DNA of 63,758 nucleotides, filler included, from Octopus bimaculoides (lineage: Eukaryota): assembly GCF_001194135.2 (NCBI RefSeq). It is 6 parts of 6 records of this genome, joined end to end, with 100 filler letters (N's around TTAATTAATTAA, not from the genome) between each part and the next. Parts side by side here need not be neighbours in the genome. Positions count along the whole stretch, not along the records: positions 1 to 22,612 come from NC_068982.1; 5 more parts are not named here. One strand, 5' to 3'. The first letter of the stretch is position 1. Each line of letters begins with the position of its first letter. Of this stretch, positions 1 to 12,770 are shown piece by piece. The translations under genes and the position numbers were made by a program. The notes beneath the pieces were generated by a model. That model was not told the DNA's origin. It made no database searches and saw only the letters and a program-made list of their open reading frames with translations.

Positions 1-293
1 TTCGAGCAAGATCGTTGCCAGTGCCCCTGGACTGGCTCTTGTGTGGGTGGCACATAAAATACACCATTTTGAGCGTGGCCGTTGCCAGTACCGCCTGACT
101 GGTCTTCGTGCGGGTGACACGTAAAAGCACCCACTACACTCTCTGAGTGGTTGGCGTTAGGAAGGGCATCCAGCCGTAGAAACTCTGCCAAATCAGATTG
201 TTGGCTGGTGTTGCCATCCGATTTCACCAGTCCTCAGTCAAATCGTCCAACCCATGCTAGCATGGAAAGCAGACATTAAACGATGATGATGAT
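1..293 (+). mobile_element. Family A RTE-tail element (cut by window start)
   Basis: Ends ...cccatgctagcatggaaagcagacattaaacgatgatgat; tail homologous to the RTE 3' end at 10540-10710. Confidence 0.8.
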
Positions 294-885
294 CAAAATA
301 ATGATCAAGAACAGCAGCAGCAGTAGCAACAAAAGAGAAATCATAGGTGAGAGGTGGGTCAACATACCAAGTACACTAAGAACAATGATGTTAATGGTAG
401 CAACAGTATAAAGGACACAGATACAATAAGTGCTGTGGATAAGTCCGTATACACACACATAAGCACACATGTGAAATGCATAGACATGCATACACACAAG
501 CATACACACGCACACACACAGAGATACAGATGCAAACACATGCACAGATAAAGAAACACACTATAGAAAGATAGAATGGACAAAGCAGAACAGATAAATA
601 CATGAGGATGGGAAGTGTTGCTGAAGAGGTCATAGATGTGTGACAAAAGATTTGTGTACAATGGGCATAAGATAAAATAAGAACAGTAATAAATGAGTGA
701 AGAATGAATATATAGTGTGTGTTTATTTTGACATATATATATGTATATATATANNNNNNNNNNNNNNNNNNNNNNNNNNNNNNNNNNNNNNNNNNNNNNN
801 NNNNNNNNNNNNNNNNNNNNNNNNNNNNNNNNNNNNNNNNNNNNNNNNNNNNNNNNNNNNNTATACATATATACATATATTTATA

Positions 886-1042
886 TACATTCTCTTTCTG
901 CTTATTTTCTCTTATTCCTTTCTGTTGAAAAGTGTTGGCTCAAAACGTAAAAGAATTTTTCATTTTCCCGAGTGTCAAACTAATACACCTGCTTGTTGCC
1001 CATACACCTGCCTTCGTCTTTTGTTTTTAAATAAATTTCAAC
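886..1042 (+). mobile_element. Small PLE-like terminal element with decayed hammerhead fold (family P1)
   Basis: ctttCTGTTGAaaagtgttggctcAAAACGTAaaag at 918-953; homologous to 26918-27118 and 35677-35878; flanked by (TA)n. Confidence 0.55.
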
Positions 1043-1067
1043 TATATATATATATATATATATATAT

Positions 1068-1393
1068 TCTTTTATGCGTTTATTCATTTACTTGTTTCAG
1101 ACATTTGACTTCAGCCATGCTGGAACACCGCCTTTAGCCAAAGAAATTGATTTCCATGACAGTAGATAAATTTTTTATTCCACAACCTGGAACCATGTGG
1201 TTGGGAAGCAAGCTTCTTACCACACACCCACACTGCCCCTATTTATATATACATGTATATCTACTACATTCTTATTCTTTGTAGGCCTAGTACTTTTATT
1301 CTATCAGTCTGCTTGGCTGAACTGCTAAGTGACAGGGATGTAGACACATCAGCATCGGTTGTCAGGCAATGATTGAGGGACAAGCACAGACAT

Positions 1394-1394
<1 letters not shown>
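1068..1394 (-). mobile_element. Fragments of family C SINE (tail, head and middle from at least two copies)
   Basis: Matches tail (cttgtttcag..gccatgctggaacaccgcc), head (ggaaccatgtggttgggaagcaagcttcttaccacac) and middle of the full copy at 12771-13193, but out of order. Confidence 0.65.

Positions 1395-1464
<70 letters not shown>
1395..1464. repeat. (CA)n microsatellite
   Basis: Direct inspection. Confidence 0.95.
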
Positions 1465-1465
<1 letters not shown>

Positions 1466-1486
1466 TTCTCTCTATAATCATATGCC

Positions 1487-2930
1487 TTCTGATCAGAATG
1501 TCCCCAGACATGTGTGACAACACAGCGAATCTCCTCAGCAGAATCAGTGAATGAAACCATGTCTATGATCTGAAGGGATGCGTAATAGGCAGTATGGATG
1601 CAGTATCCTTATACCCATCCATTGATGTTGATTTTTGCCACAGAGAAATGTGTGGAAATGATCAGTAAGAGTGACATGGAGTTTTGCAGTATTGACACAG
1701 GAGAACTGAGACTTACAAGGATTACTTAGATCAGAGGTTCTCAAACTTTTGGGGCTACCGCTCCACTCATGGCCACATAATACCCTCAGTGTCCCCACCC
1801 CTATTTTTATGCTTAAATAAATATTTCATATTTTACTAATTTATATATATTATGAATCATTTGATATTTAATATGATATTATATAATTTGTTAACAATAC
1901 TATAATAATATTATAATAAATTCACAGCATCCCCCAATTCACTGCCTTCCACCCAACGCCTCCTTTTTCTCTACCGTCCCCACTCCGACACACACTGCTC
2001 CCTTAGGCACCAGTGCCCATCTCAACGCCCACCTGGGAGCAGTAGTGCCCACTTTGAGAACCTATGACTTAGATGTTAGTTGCTTAGACTTAGTTGTTTC
2101 TACCCCACTAGATTGATAAGAAGTGACCCCCTACTATAATCTCAATGGTGAAGACACCTAGAGAGGGATGGAATGGTTAGACCAGAGCTATACAAGCCTC
2201 TGAAAACTATGACCAGGTTCAAAAAATGGTCACACATGTTTTGGGTGTGAGTATCAGAGTCTCACTTAAGGACCACATATCCAGGTTTAATAGCAATACA
2301 TATGCTCAAAAGGAAGGTGCAGCCATTGGTGTTAGTGTTGCTGGCAATGTGGCTAACCTATTTATGGAATGGTGCAATAGGAGACTCAAAGAGAGATTAG
2401 CAGAGAACTCCATAACCCTAAACATGTACCCTTACTATGTGGATGGTATCAACATAGTAACCAAAGCATCTACACAAGACACTATCAATGAACTAGAAAC
2501 TAGCATAACAGAGAGCATCCAACAGAATTGGAAAGACACATACAACACTTCATCCACCACATGCAATTCCTTGGCTACAATCAAAGGGACAGGATTAGAG
2601 TGCACAAAGGAGCCAGGGCTAGTACAAGGCTATCATAGAGAGTGATGCAAATGGGATCTGCCTGTTATACGGAAATAAATTCTGGCTAAGGACGAGGAAA
2701 AAGACAGATAAGTCCAACTCATGGTATGACCAAAAAATACCAGAGTGTCATGTTCATTGATGCTACCCCTGGTGGTGAACTAGTATACCTTTTTAGAAAA
2801 GCTTTAGATAAGGTAAATCTACAGATTAAAGTAATAGAAAGGACAGGAACCTCCATAAAATATCTGATCTATAGAACTTACCCCTTCAATAGGTCCCCAT
2901 GTACAGAGAATCCAGAGTTTAGTCTAAATT
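1487..2930 (+). pseudogene. Decayed Penelope-like element reverse transcriptase region, interrupted by a hAT MITE
   Basis: Motifs GSMDAVSLYPSID (~1590-1625), YAQKEGAAIGVSVAGNVANLFM, YVDGI (YxDD-like) and VMFIDATPGGEL..IKVIERTG..PF; frameshifts and stops present. Confidence 0.75.
1732..2066. mobile_element. hAT (Charlie-type) MITE, 335 bp
   Basis: TIRs CAGAGGTTCTCAAA / TTTGAGAACCTATG; perfect 8-bp TSD ACTTAGAT (1724-1731 and 2067-2074) with central TA. Confidence 0.88.
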
Positions 2931-3113
2931 AACTCTTTTAAACAAATATCAATTTTTTAAGCAAGCAGACAATAAATAATTGCATATATGCATATGTGGT
3001 GGGGAGGACTCGGAATTTTTGTCAAGGTTTTGTTGCAGTTTCAAAGAAAGAAAATATTAAGACACAAATGAAATTTAAATGTTGCAGTGAAACTAACAGG
3101 TTTTATTTTGTGT

Positions 3114-3150
<37 letters not shown>

Positions 3151-3471
3151 CTTGAATGGCTTACAAACATATACACTGCAATTGTTTCTGCTAATACCAT
3201 TATGCAGAAGACAGAATCGAAAAAATCTTGTGTGCAAATTTTTGTTTTCATCTTCGTTTATAGCATAGATAATTTTTCCTCTAAAATGCCATCTTCAGCC
3301 TCCAGGACACATTGGTTGGCCCAAGGCTATAATTGAAGGCACTTGCTGGCGAACAGGGGAGAGGGAGAACCAGGAAACTTCACACAATCAGATTTTTTCC
3401 TTCAAGAAAATGGATATTCTTCCCAACCACATGGTTTTGGGTTCAGTCCCACTGCATGGCACCTTGGGCAA

Positions 3472-4690
3472 GTGAACTTTCCATGTCCTCTCTCCTCACT
3501 TCGTTTGCCAGTGCACATTTTTTTTCATATTCATTTACTACATGCTGTTTTACACCTATTACACTATTTTTTTTTTCATTTTTGTGACCGAGTATTAACA
3601 TTGAGTTTTCAGATCCTGTGAGTTTGAGTGTGTGAATTTTCCGAGTCCTCTCTCCACTCCACCCCCGTTTGCCAGCTCACATTTTTTTTTCATATTCGTT
3701 TACTACATGTTGTTTTACACCTATTGCACTTTTTCATTTTTTTTTGGTGGCCGGGTGTTGAAATTGGGTTACTGGATTGTATGAATTATTCGAGATCGCA
3801 CCCACCCACCCCTTCATAAAATTTTTTTTAAATGTAGTATACTAGGTATGAAATAATGTGTAGTAAATGAATATGAACAAAAAAATTGCACCAATAAATG
3901 GGAAAGAGGTGAGAGGACTCGGAACACTCCCGATGTGAATTTTCCGAGTCATCTTCCCCTCCCGCCTCCCATTCGCCAGCACACATTTTTTTTTTCATAT
4001 TCATTTACTACACGTTGTTTTATACCTATTACACTATTTTTTTTTTCATTTTTGTGATCAGGTGTTAACGTTGAATTTCTGGATCCTGTGAATTTTCCGA
4101 GTCTTCTCTAACCGCCCACCCACCCACCTTTTGCCAGCACACATTATTTTATCATATTTGTTTACTACATGTCATTTTACATCTATTATACTGTATTTTT
4201 TTCATTTTTGCAACTGGGTGTTAACATTGAGTTTTTGGATCCTGTGAGTTTGATCGTGTGAATTTTCCGAGTCCTGTCCTCAACCACCCCCCACCCTGTT
4301 TACCAGCACGCATTTTTTTTTTCATAATCATTTAGTACACATTATTTTACAACTGTTGCACCTTTTCTCTTTTTTTTTTTTTTTGGTGGCCAGGTGTCAA
4401 AGTCGGATTACTGGATCGTATGAATCATCTGAGTCCACGCCCCACCCACCCCATGTCACAAAAATTTTTTTTTTAAATAGTGTACTAGGTGTAAAATAAT
4501 GTGTAGTAAATGAATATGAAAAAAAAATTGCGCCAACGAATGGGGAAGTGGTGAGAGGACTCGGAACACTCCTAATGTGAATTTTCTGAGTCATTTTCCC
4601 CACTCCTGTTCGTCAGTGCGCATTTGTTTTTCATATTCATTTGCTACAAGTTGTTTTACATCTATTACACTATTTTTTTCCTATTTTTTT
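3472..4690. repeat. Complex ~150-170 bp minisatellite with two inverted partial units
   Basis: Units starting gtgaattttccgagtc at 3472, 3632, 3935, 4088, 4258 and 4577; reverse-complement units at ~3817-3925 and ~4460-4566. Confidence 0.85.
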
Positions 4691-4759
4691 GCTCGGATCA
4701 AACACTGGAAGTTAAACATAAATGTTTAATACCGTATACTTTGATTAGTATACACACTT

Positions 4760-5060
4760 TATTGACAAATATTTGAATGTGGATATTTTCTGGCTTATGG
4801 ATTCTTAGTTGACTTAGGTTTTGTTAGTAAATGCTTAAAGGAAAATCTGGATAAACTGGGATTTTCAGAAAGAGAAACTGATTGGCTGATTTGTACATTA
4901 CAAGTCCAATCTGTGAGTGGAACAGTAAAAATATACAAGACTTTTCTCAAGTTCCAAATGTGAATTTGTCTGTGTTAACTACATCCCAAAGACAGAGCCT
5001 TGTATCTTTGTTGGAAACCAGCTCACTCCTCAGTGGAAGATTTATAATTAAAAAATAGAA
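4760..5060 (+). mobile_element. 3' end remnant of an RLE-type non-LTR retrotransposon
   Basis: Translates GFVSKCLKENLDKLGFSERETDWLICTLQVQSVSGTVKIYKTFLKFQM*, resembling the C-terminus of RLE-clade LINE ORFs (motif recall). Confidence 0.45.
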
Positions 5061-5261
5061 GAGATATACATACATACAATCATACATACATATATAATAA
5101 TACTCAATTTTTCTGCTGTTTTAACAGCAATACTGCATTCAAAATATCAGTTTATTGTCTATGTAGCACAGTACCTATTCAATGCTTCTTAAAATCAAAT
5201 GTAAGTTTGTTTATATACACAGGTGGTCGTCATACATATATATATGTATGGTAAAACCCAA

Positions 5262-5976
5262 TTTTCGGATTGCAAATATCATTGAAGATCAGTAAACAAT
5301 TCCTTGCAGTGTTGGATAGGTGCTTCCCTAAAACACATAAATACCATCATATCTTCAACAAGAACACAGTGAAAGTATTATATGCCCCACCCAACAACAT
5401 GGAGTACTACATACACAAATACAACAATGAAAATATATACATGCAAGCAATGACCACAGACAAGGAACAAACAAACCAAAAGAACACAGGATATAAGAAC
5501 AGTAACAGAAATAAACACAATAAGGATACATAGTGACCCTGACAGTTATAATAGGATTCAAACAAAATCTTTAAAAAAATCAACAAAACAGGCTATAACA
5601 TCAAAAACACTTCAGACACTGCTAATCAACTGGAGCATTACAAAACAAAAACAAAAGGTCACCAGATAACTACAAAAATAACAATAGTACAATTAATTGC
5701 AGCTGTAATCGGAAATCTGCATGTCTGCTCAGGAACCAATGCATGCAAAAAACATCATATACAAATGTACAATCACCACACCACAATACAAGTATGCATA
5801 CATAGGAGCTCCTAAAAACCAATTTAAGATACATTATCACAAACATATCCCCTCATTCCGAAAGGTAAGTTGGCGGCATGCAACATCACTAGCAAACCTA
5901 ATATGGAGATTAAAGGAAGGTAAAATAAACTATGAAACAGAATGGTCAATAATAAAAAATGAACACCCATATAATA
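5262..5976 (+). pseudogene. Penelope-like element C-terminal / GIY-YIG endonuclease remnant
   Basis: ISKQFLAVLDRCFPKTHKYHHIFNKNTVKV and NIIYKCTITTPQYKYAYIG..FK..Y.KH..SF...TSLANLIWRLK..EWSII match PLE GIY-YIG regions. Confidence 0.78.
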
Positions 5977-6095
5977 CCGATAGATTAAATACTAGGCTTA
6001 CAAAGAATAGGTCTTGGGGTTGATTTGCTCGACTAAAGGCGGTGCTCCAGCATGGCCACAGTCAAATGACTGAAACAAGTAAAAGAGTAAAAGAG
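5977..6095 (+). mobile_element. Family C SINE 3' tail
   Basis: ggcggtgctccagcatggccacagtcaaatgactgaaacaagtaaaagagtaaaagag. Confidence 0.75.
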
Positions 6096-6880
6096 AATAT
6101 GCATATGCAGTACTCAAGCATTTTTCCCACATACATATATTAACTTCAAGCTCTGACACTGATATCGAGATTAATATTGTAAACCAAGTAATACTCATAT
6201 GTTCAATAAACATATTTATAGCGCTGCTGGGAAAATAGATCCTTGGTTAAGCCACTAGGTTCTCTGCAAGGAGAAACAGTAGTAGTAATTGGTATGTGGA
6301 TAATGTAAATGTAATCAGGCTGACCTCATTTAGATAATAATGAAAGGTTAGGCATAAGTATTAATTAACTAGTGGTCTGACACAGCATATATCAGATTAA
6401 TATTATAATGTGGTTTAATTAGGGAGGTATTTATAGAATTTCATGTCACAAGTAATTATTTTTCCATAAGATCACTGAATGAAATACAATAATAGCATTA
6501 GAAAAGTTTCTTCAACCACATCACATTGGTGGAATATCATTAGCTCCAAACATAGAGTCTGCCTTGAGCCTACAGACTCATTAGGCCACAGTTTATTGGG
6601 ATGTTCAAGACTAAGAGTACCAGACTCCCAACTGAATGAGACACCAGACTATCAAAGTTATCCCTAAGTACCCCTGGGATTAACTTATTTTACTACTATA
6701 TTTGTTTCATGAGATGGGTGTAAAAGTAAAAGAATACCAGAAAAGGGTACAAAATTGAGGGGTAAAGATGTAAAAATTAAATTTTGGGACAAAAAATTTC
6801 TTTCACAAAAGGGAACAATCCCCCAATTCCTAGCCCTTTTCCTTTTCCATGAAGTAGTGATAGCTAATCCAAATGTTTGG

Positions 6881-7085
6881 TTATCTTTTATTGTTTACTT
6901 CTTTCAATCATTGGACTGTGGCCATACTGGGGCACTGCCTTGAAGAATTTTAGTCAAATGAATCGATACCAGGACTTATTTTTTAAAACCTGGTACTTAT
7001 TCTACCAATCTTTTTTGCCGAGGGACTAAGTTATGGGGACATAAACACACCAACACTGGTTATCAAGTGATGGGGAGGACGAACA
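6881..7085 (-). mobile_element. Family C SINE 3' half, diverged
   Basis: Homologous to the 3' half of 12771-13193. Confidence 0.65.
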
Positions 7086-7412
7086 AATTCAAAGACGTAC
7101 ACACACACACAAAAATTTGTAAAACTTTCCTGAAGTTTATCATTTAAATGTATGTGACTATGTCTAGATATGCAAATATATGCATGAGAATACATACATA
7201 AAGCAAAGCATACAAATCTGCACATATACATACATAAATACATACATACATACATGCATACATACATACATGCATGCACACAGACAAAAATACCCTGGTG
7301 CTGATGTTAAAATTCCAATGACGGAGCCTTGAATCTAGGTTAGAAACCAGTCCTTTCTCTATTGGCAAGAAATCTTGAAATAAAACTGAACAATGACATA
7401 CATACATACTTA

Positions 7413-7962
7413 CATCATCATCATCGTTTAATGTCCACTTTCCATGCTAGCATGGGTTGGACGATTTGACTGAGGATTGGTGAAACCAGATGGCTACACC
7501 AGGCTCCAATCTGATCTGGCAGAGTTTCTACAGCTGGATGCCCTTCCTAACGCCAACCACTCCAAGAGTGTAGTGGGTGCTTTTACGTGCCACTGGCACG
7601 AAGGCCAGTCAGGTGGTACTGGCAACAGCCATGCTCAAAATGGTGTTTTTTACGTGCCTCCTACACAGGAGCCAGTCCAGCAGCACTGGCAACAACCTCG
7701 CTCAAATGTTTCTTCACGTGCCATTAGCACAAGTGCCAGTAAGGCGACGCTAGTAATGATCACGCTCGAATGGTACCATTTAGGTGTCACTGGCACGGAA
7801 GCCAGATAGCTGCTCTTAGCAATGGTCATGCTCAGACGGTGCTCTTAGCGCTCCACTGGCACAGGTGCCAGTCATCGAATTTGGTTCAATCACGATTTCA
7901 ATTTCACTTGCCCCAATAGGTCTTCGCAAGCCGAGTTTAGTGTCCAATGAAGGAGAGGTTGG
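7413..7962 (-). mobile_element. Family A RTE-tail element, apparently full length (~550 bp)
   Basis: (GAT)n tail, five ~65-bp internal units, 5' end ccaacctctccttcattggacactaaac shared with 15832-16378. Confidence 0.82.
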
Positions 7963-8121
7963 TACATACACATATAAATATGTGTGTGCATATGTGTATA
8001 TATATGTATATGTGCATTAGAATACCAAATACTATAGTATTCACCTAAAGAGAAATTGAAAAAAAATGTGTGTATCAAGAGGTTAAGTCACTTGCCAAAC
8101 ATGCACAGCTCTGAAATATAA

Positions 8122-8430
8122 ATGGCTGTGTGGTAAGAAGTTTGCTTCCCAACTAAATGGTTCTAGACAGTCTCACTGTGTGGCACCTTGGGCAAATGTC
8201 TTCTAATATAGCCTCAGGCTGATGAAAGTTTTGTGAGAAGATACATTGTCCCTACCACCACTTGACAACTGGTGTCTGTGTGTTTAAGTCTTCATAACTA
8301 AGTGGTCCTTCAAAAGAGACCAATAGAATAACTACCATGCTTAAAAAAAAGTACTGTGGTCAATTCATTCAACTAGAATTCCTCAACAGCACTCCAGCAT
8401 GACTGCAGTCTAACAGCTGAAACAAGTAAA
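8122..8430 (+). mobile_element. Family C SINE, internally deleted
   Basis: Head ggctgtgtggtaagaagtttgcttcccaac, gcaccttgggcaa core and family C tail. Confidence 0.7.
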
Positions 8431-9240
8431 TACATACACACAAACATACATGCATACATACATATATCTATACACATAAAAAGCCATCTAAGAATACATA
8501 AGTTAGAAAAAATAGGCACTCATATATTTATCAATAGAGGAAATATATCAATATTTAAACAATACAGTGTTATAGATCCATTTTAGCTGGTTTTACAAAT
8601 TGTTTTTGTACACAAGGGTTTTAGGAAAACCATACTCTTTGTATCAGTAATTTTGATGACTGAGTGTAAAACCGGTTGGTATAATTAGCTGAACTGGATC
8701 TATTGTACTGCCTCATATAAATATTACTATACCCATTTCGTTGACAAATGTATGAGTGCATATTTTTTTCTGACATATAGATTCTTAGAAGACTTTACAT
8801 ATGTATGTATGTATGTTTGCATGCATGAAAGCAGCTATGTATTTATATTTCAGAGTTTTACTTGTTTGGCAAGTGACCTGATCTGGGATAATGTGTGTTG
8901 TAACCTTATAAGTGGAGCAATCGTATTATGAAAGACTTTGTCATTTTAAGATCACACGAAAATCTCTTACTTTTAGTTATATTCAGTTCTTAGCAGTATC
9001 ACCTTATACATGTTCAGCTTGGTTGCTGATGTTTAATTTCATAATTCAACAACTGTATGAAAGTGTATCAATGATTAAGTTGCAGAAGCACAACAAAACA
9101 TTTTGATACTTCACTAAAGATGTTATTATTAATAAATGAGGAGTCAGGAATCATCTAGTTTAATGGTCAGAACACTTAGTTAGTATCTGAGAGATACAGG
9201 GTTTGTAGCCACTTTTTGGCAACATTTGAAAAAAAAAAAA

Positions 9241-9470
9241 GGCGGTGAGCTGGCAGAATCGTTAGCACTCTGGGCAAAATGCTTAGTGGTTTTCTGTCTG
9301 TCTTTACGTTCTGAGTTCAAATTCTGCCAAGGTTGACTTTGCCTTTCATCCTTCCAGAGTCAACAAAATAAATATCAGTTACGCACGGGAGTCAATGTGA
9401 TCGACTTCTTTCCTCCCCTCAAATTTCAGGTTTTGTACCTATAGTAGAGAGCATCATTAATAAATGAATA
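9241..9470 (+). mobile_element. Family B tRNA-derived SINE
   Basis: A-box TGGCAGAATCG, B-box GAGTTCAAATTC, then conserved body gactttgcctttcatcc. Confidence 0.8.
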
Positions 9471-9869
9471 AAAGTGAATGTAAGTGTTTTCATGCATCTT
9501 TTTTGTTTATATTTAATGGACTAACAGAACTTTTTAATGGTGTAATTGTTTCATGCATCTCTGTCTATGTAAGTGTCTGTCACTGAGTTTGTTTGTTGGC
9601 TCCATGAGACTGTACATATATTATATTCACATACACAAATATCTGCATGCATACCTACACACCTATATAGCATAAAAGTATTTGTTCGAAGTGATAAAAG
9701 CAGTATTAGTAAAAATATCATGTTCTGTATATCTTACTTTGTGTGAATATATTTTAGAAAGACACAAAACTGCAGTATTTGTCTCAAGAAAGCATCTCAT
9801 AAAGACATGAAGTGTTAAAAAGAAGTTTTGTGGCTTTCTACAGTGTATCTGCATTAAGTAAGATATACA

Positions 9870-10710
9870 GAATGCTGACCAAATCGGCAGTGGAGTAGGA
9901 TGCTCTGAGAGCTACTAGAATAAGAATGGGCAGGACAAAGTTCAAAGAGCTACTACTTTTGTTAGTAACGAAAGGCCTCTCCCTCAGAGTGAAAGGCAGA
10001 TTGTATGATGCCTGTGTGTAAGCAGCCATGCTACAATGGCAGTGAAACATGGGCTGTAACTGCAGAGGAGATGTGAAGGCTTGAAAGAAATGAAGCTTGT
10101 AATGGATATGCAATGTCAGTGTGCATGTACAACAGACTATAAGTGTCTTAAAAGAAAAATTGGGCATAAGAAGCATCAGATGTAGTGTGCAATAGAGAAG
10201 ACAGCTCATGTGATGCATATGGATGAGGACAGTTGTATAAAGGAATACCAGTCTCTAACTGTGGGGGGAACCCGTGAAAAGGAAGACCCAGGAAGATATG
10301 GGATAAGGTGTTGAAATATGATCTTCAAATATTGAATCCCATGGAGGAGATGACAAGTGACTGAGACATTTGGTGACTTGATGTGCTTCTGGAGACATGT
10401 TCAGCTAAGTGCCATTGATATATAAAAGGCACCCACACTGGTGACAAGTAAAAGGCACCCGTGCCAGTGACACATTAAAGGCACCTGTGCCACTGANNNN
10501 NNNNNNGACACATTAAAGGCACCTGTGCCACTGACACATAAGAGGTACTCACTACACTCTGTGGAGTGGTTGGCATTAGGAAGGGCATCCGGCCATAGAA
10601 ACCAAGTCAAAACAGACTGGAACCTGGTGCAGCTCTCTAGCTTACCAGTTCCAGTCAAGCTGTTCAACCCATGCCAGCATGGAAAACAGATGCTAAATGA
10701 TGATGATGAT
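9870..10710 (+). mobile_element. RTE-clade LINE, 5'-truncated, with end of ORF and 3' UTR
   Basis: RIRMGRTKFKELLLLLVTKGLSLRVKGRLYDACV..GSETWAVTAE..RLERNE and GRPRKIWD motifs; 3' UTR ends in (GAT)n. Confidence 0.85.
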
Positions 10711-10743
10711 AATGGCATGGATATACATATGCATGCACATATA

Positions 10744-10976
10744 CAGGTTTAGCCAAAAGTCACCCAACAGTAAATCAAAATTCTATAAATACTATCTTTA
10801 ATTCTGTATTGACTAGAATGGAAAAATGTGTTGCTTAAAAAGGACTTCAGTTTGAACAATTCCCATGATGTTTCATATTTAGATGCTTTTAGTAAATTCA
10901 TTCAGTTGTTAAACATAAATAAATCTCGGAATTAAATGGTTTTGATTTACTGTCAGGTGACTTTTGGCCAACCCTG
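10744..10976. mobile_element. Tc1/mariner-type MITE, 233 bp
   Basis: 37-bp imperfect TIRs (CAGGTTTAGCCAAAAGTCACCCAACAGTAAATCAAAA vs CAGGGTTGGCCAAAAGTCACCTGACAGTAAATCAAAA); TA on both sides. Confidence 0.85.
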
Positions 10977-11166
10977 TACATATATACATGCATACATACA
11001 TGCTGTCTTTTGACTTGTTAGTGAATATAATCACCTCTTCCCTAAAATTACAGATGTAGTTCCTCCATGATGACTCTAATTCTGTTAAAGATATTCAACA
11101 GTATAGCTAGACCAAGACTCTCCCAGACTCCAATGGCATTTCAATACATAAGTGTGTGTGTGCGTA

Positions 11167-11199
<33 letters not shown>

Positions 11200-11393
11200 G
11201 ACTTTGTACATAATAAATCTGGTGATAAAGTGAAATTACACTCATCTGATTATGTTTTAAAATTGATACTTAAGTAGATAGATATTTATTAGTTTTTTCA
11301 TGGCAAAATTAAACATGCACTCTACTGAGTAATCCTTCATTTTCAAGTTAAATTGTTTTTATATATAACTTGACTCAAAAGCAGACATTAATA

Positions 11394-11410
11394 TAGATAG
11401 ATAGACAGAC

Positions 11411-11482
<72 letters not shown>
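11394..11482. repeat. (GATA)n microsatellite
   Basis: Direct inspection. Confidence 0.95.
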
Positions 11483-11483
<1 letters not shown>

Positions 11484-12445
11484 TTAAACAGGCGATAAAC
11501 ATGCTTCAAATTTATCTCATGAGCCAAAGTACTGCCTCTAAATAAGTAATAAAAGTTGCCTAGAAACCAAACATTTTCAGCTGTTTTCCTCTCTCTTTCT
11601 GTAACTCATACTTTATCAGTACCTGTTCAACTCTTTCACACATTATATATTTGCATAAATTATAACAAATACAAATATATTTCATCATATTTTATGGGTA
11701 TGCTTGTATACATACATACATACATACATACATGCATGCATGCATGCATACATGCCTACATACATACGTACATACATACAAATGCAGGCATGCACACATG
11801 TGCACGTGTATACACACACGCACACACACACACAAACTTATGTATGTTTTGCAAGATTCTTGATGTGAAATTGTGTGTTGAAACGGATATTGTTATATTT
11901 GGCGGGTGGTCATTTTGCCAATAAATACATCATCCATGCCCATACTAAAGGCATAAACATACACACGGATGCAAATGCAGATGTAAATACGGTAAATATT
12001 TCATAAAAGACCTGTTCATAACCTCGGTGTGAAATAGTTTTTTTCCATAGGTTTCTTTCAATGGCATTCAACATATCTCACCTCCAAAGATTTAGCTGCT
12101 ATTTCTAGCACACTCTGCTACCACATAACAGCTATTTGTAATAAAGGATCCGAAATACTTATTACATGGTAGCAAGAAATAATAGACAAATCTTTCCTTT
12201 TCTCAGGATAGAAGCCGTTTACGCGTGATTTTAATGTCACATTCGTTGAAAGCATGTGAAATAACCTGGAAACGAAAAAAACCCATGAAACAAAACTCCA
12301 TTGCTGGGAAAGTCAGACTTTCCTGGTACGTTGAATTATTAGAGACCCAATGGATCACAGGTAGTCTAGTGTATGTATATATATATATATATATGCTTAT
12401 GTATATGAATATTTATGTGTGTGTGTGTGTGTGTGTGTACTTATA

Positions 12446-12610
12446 AAACTTCTAGTTTTCACTAGATTCACTTTGAAGCTTCTGTATTCAAGGCTTTGCG
12501 TCCATATTTGGAAATCATTCTGACATCTTCAACAGATTCAACTATGAGAAATAGGTTATCAGTGCAAAGGAGTTCCCAAGGAGAACCGGTCTTAAACCAC
12601 TTCTCTTATG
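12446..12610 (-). mobile_element. RTE RT-core fragment
   Basis: Minus strand reads FKTGSPWELLCTDNLFLIVESVED, a decayed PWELLYADDLVL RT motif. Confidence 0.65.
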
Positions 12611-12725
12611 ACATGGACAACAATAAACAGGCGGGAGCATATTTGCACTCACATGCACACTCACACAAGCACACACACACACACACGTGTGTGTGTGTGT
12701 GTATTTATAGATACACACACACACA

Positions 12726-12759
<34 letters not shown>

Positions 12760-12770
12760 CATACATACGT

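Noticed and set aside
7477-7809. Recurring ORF ..QSDLAEFLQLDALPNANHS.. (also 17190, 38021, 58604)
   Set aside because: Antisense reading of the family A non-coding tail; length and frame vary between copies.
7560-7870. Regularly spaced palindromic repeats resembling a CRISPR array
   Set aside because: Units are degenerate along their whole length with no unique spacers, there are no cas genes, and they lie inside a eukaryotic retro-element.
12207-12325. Possible plus-strand exon (ttttctcag|GATAGA...CTG|gtacgt)
   Set aside because: Open frame but no recognisable product or partner exon; insufficient support.
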